A stretch of DNA of 62,990 bases. Source: Eubacteriales bacterium (GTDB lineage Bacteria; Bacillota; Clostridia; Oscillospirales; CAG-272). Both the position numbers and the translations under genes were made by a program. The stretch is from contig JBNRMS010000030.1 in the NCBI GenBank assembly GCA_050309735.1, forward strand, positions 1 through 62,990, in the 5' to 3' direction. Under the pieces are notes generated by a model. That model saw nothing but the letters and a program-made list of their open reading frames with translations. It was not told the DNA's origin and searched no databases. Below are positions 9,151-18,120 of the stretch, in pieces (the first letter of the stretch is position 1; each line of letters opens with the position of its first letter).

Positions 9151-11586
9151 TTAAACCTTTAATTGTGTTTTTGTTTTGCTTTTCGTGTCAGTAATTTTCA
9201 TTTCTTTATAGGGTCTGAACAGCATATAAACAATAGCTGCCACAACCACAAGTGCCGCTATAACGCCCGGTATGCTTGCCCCGCCGATGAAGATAAGTCC
9301 TATCTGATAGACAGCCATCGACACGGCATAGGCAAACACCGTCTGATAACCTATCGCAAACCACGTCCACTTTGCACTGTTCATCTCGCGCCTGATAGCG
9401 CCGATTGCCGCAAAGCAGGGGGCGCATAGCAGGTTGAACAGGAGGAAGGAGTAAGCCGAGAGCGGAGTGAATACCTCGCGCATCCTTGCCCAGATTTGCC
9501 AGCCGTTTTCGGCAACCTCATCGAGGCCGCCGAAGAGAACTCCGAATGTGCTGACGACATTTTCCTTTGCAATAAGGCCGGTAAAGGTTGCCACCGCTCC
9601 CTGCCAGGTTCCCCAGCCAAGAGGTGCGAAAATCCAGCCTATTGCTCCGCCGATTGTTGCGAGTATCGAATTGTTAAGGTTTTCAACCATGCCGAAGCTG
9701 CCATTTTCAACTCCGAATCCCTGAAGGAACCAAAGAATTATAGCCGAGAGCAGGATTATTGTTCCCGCCTTCTTGATAAATGACCACCCCCGCTCCCACA
9801 TTGAGCGGAAAAGATTGCTCACAGTCGGCCAGTGATAGGGCGGAAGCTCCATTACGAAGGGAGCCGGCTCGCCGGCAAAGGGTTTTGTTTTCTTTAGCAT
9901 AATGCCCGATACGATAATCGCCGCGATTCCTATGAAATAAGCGCTTGGAGCCACCCACCATGCGCCGCCGAACAGTGCGCCGGCGATAAGACCGATAATC
10001 GGCAGCTTGGCGCCGCAGGGCATAAAGGATGTGGTCATAATCGTCATTCTTCTGTCGCGCTCGCTCTCAATTGTGCGCGAGGCCATAATTCCGGGAACGC
10101 TGCATCCGGTTCCGATAAGCATCGGAATAAAGGACTTGCCCGATAGCCCGAGCTTGCGGAAGATTCTGTCCATCACAAAAGCAATTCTTGCCATATATCC
10201 GCAGGCCTCAAGGAAGGCAAGCAGGAGGAAGAGCACCAGCATCTGAGGCACAAATCCGAGAACCGAGCCAACACCCCCGATAATCGCTTCAAGAATCAGG
10301 CTGTTGAGCCAGTCGGCTGTGCCTGCCGATTCAAGCCCTCCCCCGACAAGCGCCGGAATCCCCGCAACCCAAACACCAAACTCAGCCGGGTCGGGCTCTT
10401 CTATATCGACAACCTTCATATAGGAGGTATAGTCGACATCTATCTGCCCTTCAGGGTTACCCTCGTCGTCGTATAAAACAGCAACAGTCTTAAGGTCGGT
10501 TGCCTCGGTCGGCTCAAGCCCTGCGTCCCCGGCCGCCACCTCAAATGCTTTCTTGATGGCGCCCGGATTAGCATATTCCTCGGCGGCTTGCTCGTATGCA
10601 GCTCGGCCTATACCGAATAAGTGCCAGCCATCGCCAAACAGGCCGTCGTTTGCCCAGTCGGTAGCCCATGTGCCGACAGTCGTAACCGATATAAAGTACA
10701 CAATAAACATCACCGCCGCGAAAACCGGCAGCGCCGCCCAGCGGTTTGTAACCACTCGGTCAATCCTGTCGGAGGCCGACATTTTCCCGGTATGTTTTTT
10801 CTTATAGCAGCCCTTTATTATAGACGAGATATATATGTATCTTTCGTTTGTTATAATGCTCTCGGCGTCATCGTCAAATTCGGCCTCAACAGCCCCGATA
10901 TCGCTCTCGATATGCCCAAGAACTTCATCGCTGAGTTTAAGTCCTGCGAGCACCTGCTCGTCTCGCTCGAATATTTTGATGGCATACCACCTCTGCCGCT
11001 CGACCGGCATACTGTGAACCGCGGCCTCCTCAATATGAGCCAGCGCGTGCTCAACCACACCCGAAAACTTGTGCATGGGAATTGTTTTCGCAGCCCTTGC
11101 CGCCTCGAGCGCCGCTTCTGCCGCCTCAAAAACTCCGGTTCCGCGGAGGGCAGAGATTTCGACGACCCGGCAGCCGAGTTGGCGCGAGAGCTCTCCGATA
11201 TTTATCTTGTCGCCCCGTTTTAACACCACGTCCATCATGTTGACGGCTACGACGAGCGGAATTCCAAGCTCGGTCAATTGCGTGGTCAGATATAGGTTGC
11301 GCTCAAGGTTTGTGCCGTCGACGATATTGAGTATCGCGTCAGGCCGCTCGCCAACCAAATAGTTTCTCGCCACAACCTCCTCAAGTGTGTAGGGTGAGAG
11401 CGAGTAAATCCCCGGCAGATCGGTGATAATCACGTCTGTATGCTTTTTTAGTCTGCCCTCTTTCTTCTCAACTGTGACTCCCGGCCAGTTCCCGACGAAC
11501 TGATTTGCGCCCGTCAGCGCGTTAAAGAGTGTCGTCTTTCCGCTGTTCGGGTTGCCGGCTAACGCTATTCTGATTTCTTTACTCAT
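9151..11586 (-). CDS. feoB: Ferrous iron transporter B
   Basis: 811 aa. It has an N-terminal G domain (IALAGNPNSGKTTLFNALTG, DLPGIYSL) followed by a large polytopic permease. AGGAGA RBS. Confidence 0.95.
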   Translation of the reverse strand: MSKEIRIALAGNPNSGKTTLFNALTGANQFVGNWPGVTVEKKEGRLKKHTDVIITDLPGIYSLSPYTLEEVVARNYLVGERPDAILNIVDGTNLERNLYLTTQLTELGIPLVVAVNMMDVVLKRGDKINIGELSRQLGCRVVEISALRGTGVFEAAEAALEAARAAKTIPMHKFSGVVEHALAHIEEAAVHSMPVERQRWYAIKIFERDEQVLAGLKLSDEVLGHIESDIGAVEAEFDDDAESIITNERYIYISSIIKGCYKKKHTGKMSASDRIDRVVTNRWAALPVFAAVMFIVYFISVTTVGTWATDWANDGLFGDGWHLFGIGRAAYEQAAEEYANPGAIKKAFEVAAGDAGLEPTEATDLKTVAVLYDDEGNPEGQIDVDYTSYMKVVDIEEPDPAEFGVWVAGIPALVGGGLESAGTADWLNSLILEAIIGGVGSVLGFVPQMLVLFLLLAFLEACGYMARIAFVMDRIFRKLGLSGKSFIPMLIGTGCSVPGIMASRTIESERDRRMTIMTTSFMPCGAKLPIIGLIAGALFGGAWWVAPSAYFIGIAAIIVSGIMLKKTKPFAGEPAPFVMELPPYHWPTVSNLFRSMWERGWSFIKKAGTIILLSAIILWFLQGFGVENGSFGMVENLNNSILATIGGAIGWIFAPLGWGTWQGAVATFTGLIAKENVVSTFGVLFGGLDEVAENGWQIWARMREVFTPLSAYSFLLFNLLCAPCFAAIGAIRREMNSAKWTWFAIGYQTVFAYAVSMAVYQIGLIFIGGASIPGVIAALVVVAAIVYMLFRPYKEMKITDTKSKTKTQLKV

Positions 11587-11602
11587 AAAACAATCTCCTA
11601 CT

Positions 11603-11622
11603 GGGTTAGTCTTGGCTAACCC
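11603..11622. promoter_or_regulatory. Candidate metalloregulator operator (8-4-8 inverted repeat) just upstream of the feoB RBS
   Basis: GGGTTAGT-cttg-GCTAACCC. It has the same half-site core (GGTTAG/CTAACC) and spacing as the site at 12253-12272. Confidence 0.45.
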
Positions 11623-11705
11623 CTGACCCTAAAAAACAGGGCTATCCCCTTTCAGATAATAAAAATCTATTTGCAGCTCGCATCTGTTTGCCCGAGAAGG
11701 CCGAA

Positions 11706-11927
11706 TTATTCGACCTCTATCATCTCGGCATCAGCCTTGCGGATTGAGAGTTCATACCCGCGCACTGTCACCTCGACAGGATCGCCCAGCGGAGCCAGCT
11801 TGCGAATATACACTTCGGCGCCCCTTGTAATGCCCATATCCATAATCCTGCGCCTTGTCGCGCCCTCGCCGTGCAGTTTAACAACCTTCACAGTCTGGCC
11901 TACCTTCGCATCCCTTAGCGTGTTCAT
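11706..11927 (-). CDS. feoA: FeoA-family protein
   Basis: 73 aa, SH3-like FeoA pattern (VKVVKLHGEGATRRRIMDMGITRGAEVYI...PLGDPVEV). Confidence 0.9.
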   Translation of the reverse strand: MNTLRDAKVGQTVKVVKLHGEGATRRRIMDMGITRGAEVYIRKLAPLGDPVEVTVRGYELSIRKADAEMIEVE

Positions 11928-11957
11928 TATCTATTTCTCTCCCTCGTAATAATATAT

Positions 11958-12170
11958 TCAGATCATTATTTTTCCGGCCATTCCCCGACTGATGGCCACG
12001 CGCGAATCCTTTATGCTGACAATCAGATTCCCGCCCATCGACGAAATAATCTTAACCCGCCCCCCGGGAACAAACCCAAGGCTCTCAAGGTGCCGTTTTA
12101 TCCCGTGTCCTCCGGTCACCCGCTTTATTACATTTTCCTCGCCGATATTCGCAAAGGTCAACGGCATCAT
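11958..12170 (-). CDS. feoA: FeoA-family protein (second copy)
   Basis: 70 aa (IKRVTGGHGIKRHLESLGFVPGGRVKII...GGNLIVSIKDSRVAI). Confidence 0.85.
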   Translation of the reverse strand: MMPLTFANIGEENVIKRVTGGHGIKRHLESLGFVPGGRVKIISSMGGNLIVSIKDSRVAISRGMAGKIMI

Positions 12171-12252
12171 AATAATCCCTTCTTTTTATTTTACATCCTT
12201 AGTTAATCAAGCATCGCAAGCTGCACATTAATAAGCCCGCGTGGTTTGATAC

Positions 12253-12272
12253 AGGTTAGCCTCAGCTAACCT
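12253..12272. promoter_or_regulatory. Candidate metalloregulator operator overlapping the predicted feo transcription start
   Basis: AGGTTAGC-ctca-GCTAACCT is a perfect 8-4-8 inverted repeat beginning 5 nt downstream of the -10 box. The half-site core equals the DtxR/IdeR-box core AGGTTAG. Confidence 0.5.
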
Positions 12273-12277
12273 ATGTA

Positions 12278-12306
12278 ATATTACCACTTTTCCTTTTGAT
12301 TGTCAA
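12278..12306 (-). promoter_or_regulatory. Sigma-A type promoter of the feoA-feoA-feoB operon
   Basis: The minus strand reads TTGACA, 17 nt, TAATAT. Confidence 0.7.
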
Positions 12307-12470
12307 CAGTAAAATCATGATTTCATGCAAATTCAGCAGTTTTATTAAAAGTGTATTATTTATGGCCAATCCGTATGTGATAATTAAATAATATGCCGGT
12401 CTTTATCGGATGTTTTATGGAAACTTCAACCCGATTCAAGCAAAAAAATAAAATATTTCGGATTTTCCCC

Positions 12471-12499
12471 TTGATAATCGTGTGTGTTTGTGGTAGAAT
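12471..12499 (+). promoter_or_regulatory. Promoter of tRNA-Arg(CCG)
   Basis: TTGATA, 17 nt (ending TGg), TAGAAT. The tRNA starts 19 nt downstream. Confidence 0.7.
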
Positions 12500-12517
12500 T
12501 GTAGAACCGGTCAATAT

Positions 12518-12594
12518 CTGCCCGTGGCGCAGCTGGATAGCGTGCAAGACTCCGACTCTTGAGGCCACAGGTTCGAATCCTGTCGGGCAGGCCA
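12518..12594 (+). tRNA. tRNA-Arg (anticodon CCG)
   Basis: Hand-folded cloverleaf: acceptor CTGCCCG/CGGGCAG, D arm GCGC..GCGT, anticodon stem CAAGA/TCTTG with loop CTCCGAC, T arm ACAGG-TTCGAAT-CCTGT, and an encoded CCA. Confidence 0.9.
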
Positions 12595-12596
12595 AA

Positions 12597-12640
12597 GCAT
12601 AACCCTCGGGGGGGAGTCCCCGAGGGTTATGCTCTTATAT
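12597..12640 (+). terminator. Hairpin terminator after tRNA-Arg
   Basis: GCATAACCCTCGGGG-loop-CCCCGAGGGTTATGC followed by TCTTATAT (weak U-tract). Confidence 0.6.
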
Positions 12641-12743
12641 ACCGGGCACGGACATTCAAATCATTTTAGCCGTGTGTTAATTCTTAAATCAGACCCACAA
12701 CTAAATCGCGCTCTTACCCACAAGGCAAGAGCGCGATTTTATT

Positions 12744-13439
12744 TTACACAAAAAACTTTTTGTGCAGCGACTCGCGCAGCGGCTTGACAAGCGCGATTAC
12801 AATCAGCATCACCCCAATCATAAACAGCGCGATAAAGGGATAGGGCGACCAGATCAGACTGTCACGCACGCCGAATGTGGTGTTTATTAATATCTCGATT
12901 CCGACTGTGTATGCGCCTGTGAGTATCGAAGCGCCGCTCCAAATATAGAGATATCCGCGGCGCAGATAATAAGAGAGCACCACGACCATTGAGGTGATAA
13001 AGGCGGCGCCGGCGGTGATGGGCAGGGCAAAAGGGAGAAACCAGCTTCCGCCCAGACTTAAATTTATATAAAACAGATAAACCGCCACCGCGGCGAAGGC
13101 CGAGGGAACAAAGACGGCGGGTGTCGGACGCCGAAACCAGCTCGGCAAAACCATTATTACATAAAGAAGAATCAGCGCCCCGGTCACAAGACCCGACCAG
13201 AAGATTTGCCCGTCAAGATTCCATTCGCAGATAAGGCAGATTGCAGCAACGGTCATAAGGAGAACCGAGATTATGAAAAGCACCCCCCGAGGGCTCATCG
13301 CCTCTGTGGGCTTTTCAAAAGGAGGATATGGTCGATCTGCAGCCGGGCGGTCGATGTCGGGGTGGTATGCTTTGGTGCCGCACAGAGGGCATTTCACCTC
13401 GCTGTCAGACAGCTTCACTCCGCATTTTGCACAGTACAT
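12744..13439 (-). CDS. Zinc-ribbon domain membrane protein
   Basis: 231 aa. N-terminal CxxC...CxxC (MYCAKCGVKLSDSEVKCPLCG) followed by about five hydrophobic helices. Confidence 0.75.
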   Translation of the reverse strand: MYCAKCGVKLSDSEVKCPLCGTKAYHPDIDRPAADRPYPPFEKPTEAMSPRGVLFIISVLLMTVAAICLICEWNLDGQIFWSGLVTGALILLYVIMVLPSWFRRPTPAVFVPSAFAAVAVYLFYINLSLGGSWFLPFALPITAGAAFITSMVVVLSYYLRRGYLYIWSGASILTGAYTVGIEILINTTFGVRDSLIWSPYPFIALFMIGVMLIVIALVKPLRESLHKKFFV

Positions 13440-13597
13440 TTGCTTTTATCCTTTCTTGTGGTTTTCGCTGGGGGAGATTTTCTTGTTACAATATTATCTT
13501 TAGTCTTTTTTTAATAGAACGCGGCATTCTTTCCTTCGTTCGCATAAAAAATCACATCTAAAGAAACGCGCTTGCCACGCACTCGCAAAAAACGACC

Positions 13598-15829
13598 CTA
13601 CCTCTGATTGCTCTCAACCTTCACCGCAATATTGCGCTCTCGCAGAACCTCATAAAAGCGAGATTCAAGCTGGGGTTCTTTTGTGTCACGAATGAAGTTT
13701 ACATAGAGGGTATCGCCGTATGAGAGGACTCCGCAGTTGTAGGGAGCGGTCGATTGAACCGCAAGCACAAAGTCAAGCCGCTCGACTTGATCCTTCATCT
13801 CCTCGGGAAGACTTATCGGGCCGAGATTTGAGAGCGATAGCATTGATTTGCGCTCGCCGATAAGGGCGAAAACGGCTTTCATCACAAGGTTTTTAACAAA
13901 AAGCGGCATGATTTTGAGAAAGGGCGACTGCTCGTCGCGCACATTGGCAGAGATTCGGCTCGCCATGCTTTTTGGCGTGATATCAAGCCCCATTTGATGG
14001 TGAACTATCTTGCATATTTCCTCAAATGTGTATTCGCCGTGGCGCGGGTCAACGCCGCAGGTCGCATAAAACACGAAATTCCGCAGGGTTTGGCTCGGGA
14101 ACATCTTGCGCAGATTAACAGGTATGAGAACCTTTACAAATTTTTGGCGGCGCCGGCTGATTGATTTCTCGTCCTGCAGGGCGATTCCCGCCTTGATTAT
14201 CGCTGCGGCGAGATAGGCCGTAATTGTCACCTTGCAGGATCTTGCCGCCGCCATAACCTCGGAGACATCAAGCATAAAGGTGGTGGCGTGCTGAAACCCG
14301 TCTGTCTCGGGAGTGCCGACCGGCCGGAAAGAGCTTTTCTCGCGCCTGCTCATTCTCACCGGGCTGATGTTTTTGGGGAAGCAGTCCTCAAGCTCCTCAT
14401 CTGAGGGCGGCTCAAGCCTGTCGAGAATGCCATGCGTGTTTGGTATACGAAGATTATACTTTTGAGTGAGATATTCGGCAATAAGGGTTTTGAGAAAGAC
14501 AAGCCCGCCGTTTCCATCGGTCACCGCGTGGAAGAATTCAGCCGCCACCCGCTTCTTATAAACCAGCACCCGGAAGGCGCATTTGCGTATATCATCAAAG
14601 GGCATACGCGACAAGGGGTAGCTTTTCTCATCAAGTATTTTTGGCGCGTGCGGAATTTCCTCAAGATAATACCAAAAAAGTCCACGACGCAGCCTTACTG
14701 CAATCGAGGGAAAGCGCCGAACCGTCACATCGAGTGCCGCCTGAAGGATTTCACGGTCAATCTCCTCGCGCAGGGTTGCCGAGAGACGAAAAACATTGCT
14801 CCAGCGCCGTGTAGCCGAGGCGGGGTAGATTTTCGCCGCATTGTCAAGCTTCATCCACCTGAGTTTGCGCTCCGAATCGGCCGGCAGCACCGAGCCGATA
14901 AATTCGTTTATTATATCAAAATCGGGCGTATTTTGCTCAAGCCCGTAAAGCAGATACGAGTGCCACATTCCCGGTCTGACATAGAGGCGGCTCTCCGCCC
15001 CGCTCTCAAGAAGGCGCTTGTGCATTTCGGCAGCGTCATCAAGCATTATCTCATCGCCGCCGACAAATATCAAGGAGGGCGGCATCCCCGAAAGATCGCC
15101 GAACAGAGGCGAAACATAGGGATTGTCTTTCTCGGTGGGGGCGCCCTTGGGCAGCTCCTGCTTCTTTTTGCCGCCCGTCCTCACAAGGTCGGGCCGCCGG
15201 CCGGTGTAGCAGTCGGCAAAGAAGCGCAGGCGCTCGGCAAGCATTGATGGGTCGGCCTTAAGGTTAGCTTTATATGAGGCGCCCGATAGAGTGAGGTCTG
15301 TCCACGGAGAGATGGGAATAAGCCCTGCCGGGAGCGGAAGTTTCAGTTCTTTTAATTTCAGGCAGAGCGAAAAAACAAGCCCGCCTCCTGCGCTCTCGCC
15401 GGCGAGTATAATTTGTTTTGAGCTGTAACCCGACTCAAGCAAAAAGCGATAGGACTCAAGCGCGTCCTCAAGCGCCGCCGGATAGGGATTCTCGGGAGCC
15501 AGGCGATACGCCGCGCATAAAACCCGCATCCCTGAGGACGAGGACAAGACAGACGCAAATCCCTTAGCGTAGTCAAGCGTCCCGCAGGTGTAGCCGCCGC
15601 CGTGCAAATAAAGTATCACACCCGTGCGAACCTCATCGCGAGGAAGAATCCAAGCCGCTTCAAATTTCTCAAAGGGCCTGTCCTGCGCGACAACGCTGCG
15701 GCGCTTGACATTAAACATCAGCTTCCCGAGCCTGTCCTGCCCGCTACGCGCAAACTCAAGAGGGCTGTTCTGCACAAAAGGGCGCATAAGCTCAAGCTGC
15801 GCGCGGAGAATTTTTGTTGTAAGCTTCAT
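13598..15829 (-). CDS. Fusion protein: alpha/beta-hydrolase fold-3 esterase (N) plus HxxxD-type acyltransferase/condensation-like domain (C)
   Basis: 743 aa. The N-terminal half has HGGGY (oxyanion hole), GESAGG (nucleophile elbow) and MWHSY. The C-terminal half has KLDNAAKIYPA and HAVTDGNG (an HxxxDG motif as in alcohol acetyltransferase, WS/DGAT and NRPS C domains). AAAGGAG RBS. Confidence 0.75.
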   Translation of the reverse strand: MKLTTKILRAQLELMRPFVQNSPLEFARSGQDRLGKLMFNVKRRSVVAQDRPFEKFEAAWILPRDEVRTGVILYLHGGGYTCGTLDYAKGFASVLSSSSGMRVLCAAYRLAPENPYPAALEDALESYRFLLESGYSSKQIILAGESAGGGLVFSLCLKLKELKLPLPAGLIPISPWTDLTLSGASYKANLKADPSMLAERLRFFADCYTGRRPDLVRTGGKKKQELPKGAPTEKDNPYVSPLFGDLSGMPPSLIFVGGDEIMLDDAAEMHKRLLESGAESRLYVRPGMWHSYLLYGLEQNTPDFDIINEFIGSVLPADSERKLRWMKLDNAAKIYPASATRRWSNVFRLSATLREEIDREILQAALDVTVRRFPSIAVRLRRGLFWYYLEEIPHAPKILDEKSYPLSRMPFDDIRKCAFRVLVYKKRVAAEFFHAVTDGNGGLVFLKTLIAEYLTQKYNLRIPNTHGILDRLEPPSDEELEDCFPKNISPVRMSRREKSSFRPVGTPETDGFQHATTFMLDVSEVMAAARSCKVTITAYLAAAIIKAGIALQDEKSISRRRQKFVKVLIPVNLRKMFPSQTLRNFVFYATCGVDPRHGEYTFEEICKIVHHQMGLDITPKSMASRISANVRDEQSPFLKIMPLFVKNLVMKAVFALIGERKSMLSLSNLGPISLPEEMKDQVERLDFVLAVQSTAPYNCGVLSYGDTLYVNFIRDTKEPQLESRFYEVLRERNIAVKVESNQR

Positions 15830-15929
15830 ATCGGGGGTTCACTCCTTTCTGCGGGGGTGCGAGAATTGTGCCGGGGTTAGGCAGAGGGAACTTCACAAGA
15901 GAAGTTCCCCCGGTCTTCCCACTCTAACC

Positions 15930-16727
15930 TTATGCTAAATATTTCTCGCGGAGCCGCAAAAGCTCATAATCCGAGAGACGAAGACCGTCGCGCAAAAATC
16001 CCTCTGTGCCGCCGTATGTGTCGTCAAGGGTGTCGAAAGCGGTCTGAAGATATTCTGCTCTGGCGGTGAGAAGGTTATTCAAAGTTCTTGCGGCGTGAAC
16101 GCTCCGCGCAAGAATGCAGACAATCGCGAAAATAAACTTATTTTTAATACGGAAATACTTATTTGAGCGAAGGTAATCCTTCATTATGTCCTCCCGGCTG
16201 ACCCCGAGCGCCATAAGTATCGCCGCTGCGCCGAAGCCTGCTCTATCCTTGCCCTGTGTGCAGTGCCACAGAATAGCACCGTCAACCTTATCATCAATAA
16301 GGAGCTTGAGCAATTTGCTATATGCCTCAAGCGCGCGCGGAGTGGTGACCATCTTGCGATAGGATTCCTTGAGATAGCTTCTTGCTCCGCCCTCGGTGTT
16401 CATTATCTGATTGAGCAGTATCCGACGGTTGCTTCTGGTTACCGCGGGGTTTTCGCGGTCGGAAAGCGCCGAGAGGTCGTGGTATTCAATGCCTTTGACA
16501 AGGATGTCGGGATTTTCGGTCTGCTCGGAATCGCTGCGAAGATCGGCAACAGCACGAATTCCATAACGGTTTTTCAGCTTTGCCGCGTCTTTTGTCTTAA
16601 GTTTTGATATATGCCCGCTGCGATAGAGCAGGCCGTGGCGAACCGACAAACCGTCAGCCGTCGGTATCCCCCCGAGTTCGCGGAAATTAGCGACTCTTTT
16701 TGGTTTTTTTCTTTTGAATATAATCAT
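15930..16727 (-). CDS. Protein-tyrosine phosphatase family protein
   Basis: 265 aa with the CX5R P-loop HCTQGKDRAG. Confidence 0.85.
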   Translation of the reverse strand: MIIFKRKKPKRVANFRELGGIPTADGLSVRHGLLYRSGHISKLKTKDAAKLKNRYGIRAVADLRSDSEQTENPDILVKGIEYHDLSALSDRENPAVTRSNRRILLNQIMNTEGGARSYLKESYRKMVTTPRALEAYSKLLKLLIDDKVDGAILWHCTQGKDRAGFGAAAILMALGVSREDIMKDYLRSNKYFRIKNKFIFAIVCILARSVHAARTLNNLLTARAEYLQTAFDTLDDTYGGTEGFLRDGLRLSDYELLRLREKYLA

Positions 16728-16761
16728 AAATACTGACCTCCCTTGGGTAACAAATCAACTT

Positions 16762-18120
16762 TTATCGGTTCTGCGCTCCTTTTCGGCTCATGCCATCGCG
16801 CAGCATTTTGAAAACTTTAAGCGGCGTGGGCGGATTCCCCCGGTAAAAGGACATCATCTCATAAATCCTGCCCGCAACAATTACGCCTAAAAAGGCAAGG
16901 GCGGCGACAAGAATTACAGAGACAGCCCCCTCAAGGTACGATATCTCACCGGTCATCGCGCGTCCGGGCGTCACCATTATTGCTGTAAACGGGAAATATA
17001 TCAGCCATTTTTCGCTCGACACCATGCTCCCGGACGAACCCGCCATAATAGAAAGCAGGAAAGACGCGACAACTGTCAGCGCGAAAATCGTGTTTGTCGA
17101 GGAGAGGTCCTCGGGCTTTGACGCCATAGACCCACCAAGGGCTGCAAGCGAGCAGTAAAGCAGGAAGCCGACCGCAATCATAAGGAGCGCAATGGCAATC
17201 CCGCCCGGGCTGAACATCGCACCGATGCCGCTGATAAGGCCAAGAACGCCTTCAATCTCGGGGCTGACCGAGCCAAAGAAGTGCGGAAGAGCCGCGATGC
17301 CAAGCCTGATGCCGCCGACAAGAGCCGCAATCCAAACAGTAATCTGCAAGAGAGGTGCTGCCGCCGCAGCAAGCACCTTGCCGAGTATCATAGCGGCGGG
17401 TTTAACAGACACAAGGAAAAAGTCCATCAGCCGCGAGGTTTTCTCAAGTATCACCGAAGACGCCGCCGACTGACCGTAAAACATGATAAGCATATACATA
17501 ATCAAAATCATGACATACGACACGGCCATGCTCATGTTTCGCCGCAGCGCGTCGTCGTTGTCGGTACCGATGTCCGAGGGCTTGGCGACATTTGTAGTCA
17601 CCGGAGCGGCGAGCCAGGAGAGCGACTCGGGATCTATTCCCGAGCGCCTTATCAGCTCGGCGCGAAAAGCAATAAAGATATGGCCGCTGAACTCTGATAG
17701 CTCGGCGCCCGATATCTCCGAGTGCTCAGGCGTGACAATCTCAATGCGATACTGCCCGTCGGCGTCGGTTATAACCAGTAAAAGGTCGTATTCGCCAAGC
17801 TCGCCCAGCGCGTCTGCAGCCGAGCCCTCCGCAGGCAGGTATTCAATGCCCGAGAAAAGCTCCGAGCCGCCAGAAAGCCAGCTTGTGTCGCCAAATTCAC
17901 CGGTTTCATCACTGAGTGTTACCCGCCTGACCAAAGATTCGGTAAGCGGAGCGTCTGTGTCGTAGTCTGAATTCACCGCAAAGAGCAGTGCGATTGTTCC
18001 GACGAAAAGAAGAAGTGCCACAGTAACCGTCAGCGCAAGATAGGCTTTTGATCTTAATTGGCGGCCGAGCGAAAAGGAGAAAACCGTTCGCCAGCCGGTG
18101 AAATATCTTCTTTTTTTCAT
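16762..18120 (-). CDS. ABC-2 type transporter permease
   Basis: 452 aa. One N-terminal TM, a large extracytoplasmic domain, then a cluster of about 5 TM helices. Its start overlaps the upstream permease stop by 4 nt. Confidence 0.8.
   Translation of the reverse strand: MKKRRYFTGWRTVFSFSLGRQLRSKAYLALTVTVALLLFVGTIALLFAVNSDYDTDAPLTESLVRRVTLSDETGEFGDTSWLSGGSELFSGIEYLPAEGSAADALGELGEYDLLLVITDADGQYRIEIVTPEHSEISGAELSEFSGHIFIAFRAELIRRSGIDPESLSWLAAPVTTNVAKPSDIGTDNDDALRRNMSMAVSYVMILIMYMLIMFYGQSAASSVILEKTSRLMDFFLVSVKPAAMILGKVLAAAAAPLLQITVWIAALVGGIRLGIAALPHFFGSVSPEIEGVLGLISGIGAMFSPGGIAIALLMIAVGFLLYCSLAALGGSMASKPEDLSSTNTIFALTVVASFLLSIMAGSSGSMVSSEKWLIYFPFTAIMVTPGRAMTGEISYLEGAVSVILVAALAFLGVIVAGRIYEMMSFYRGNPPTPLKVFKMLRDGMSRKGAQNR

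Noticed and set aside
8744-9154. 136-aa plus-strand ORF in the CPBP-to-feoB gap.
   Set aside because: It overlaps the far better supported 58-aa minus-strand Cys-rich ORF (consensus RBS, TM plus Cys tail) and the GC hairpin. No RBS is present.
14432-15247. 271-aa plus-strand ORF inside the esterase/acyltransferase gene.
   Set aside because: It is antisense to a 743-aa ORF with two sets of catalytic motifs, and its own product has no recognisable features.
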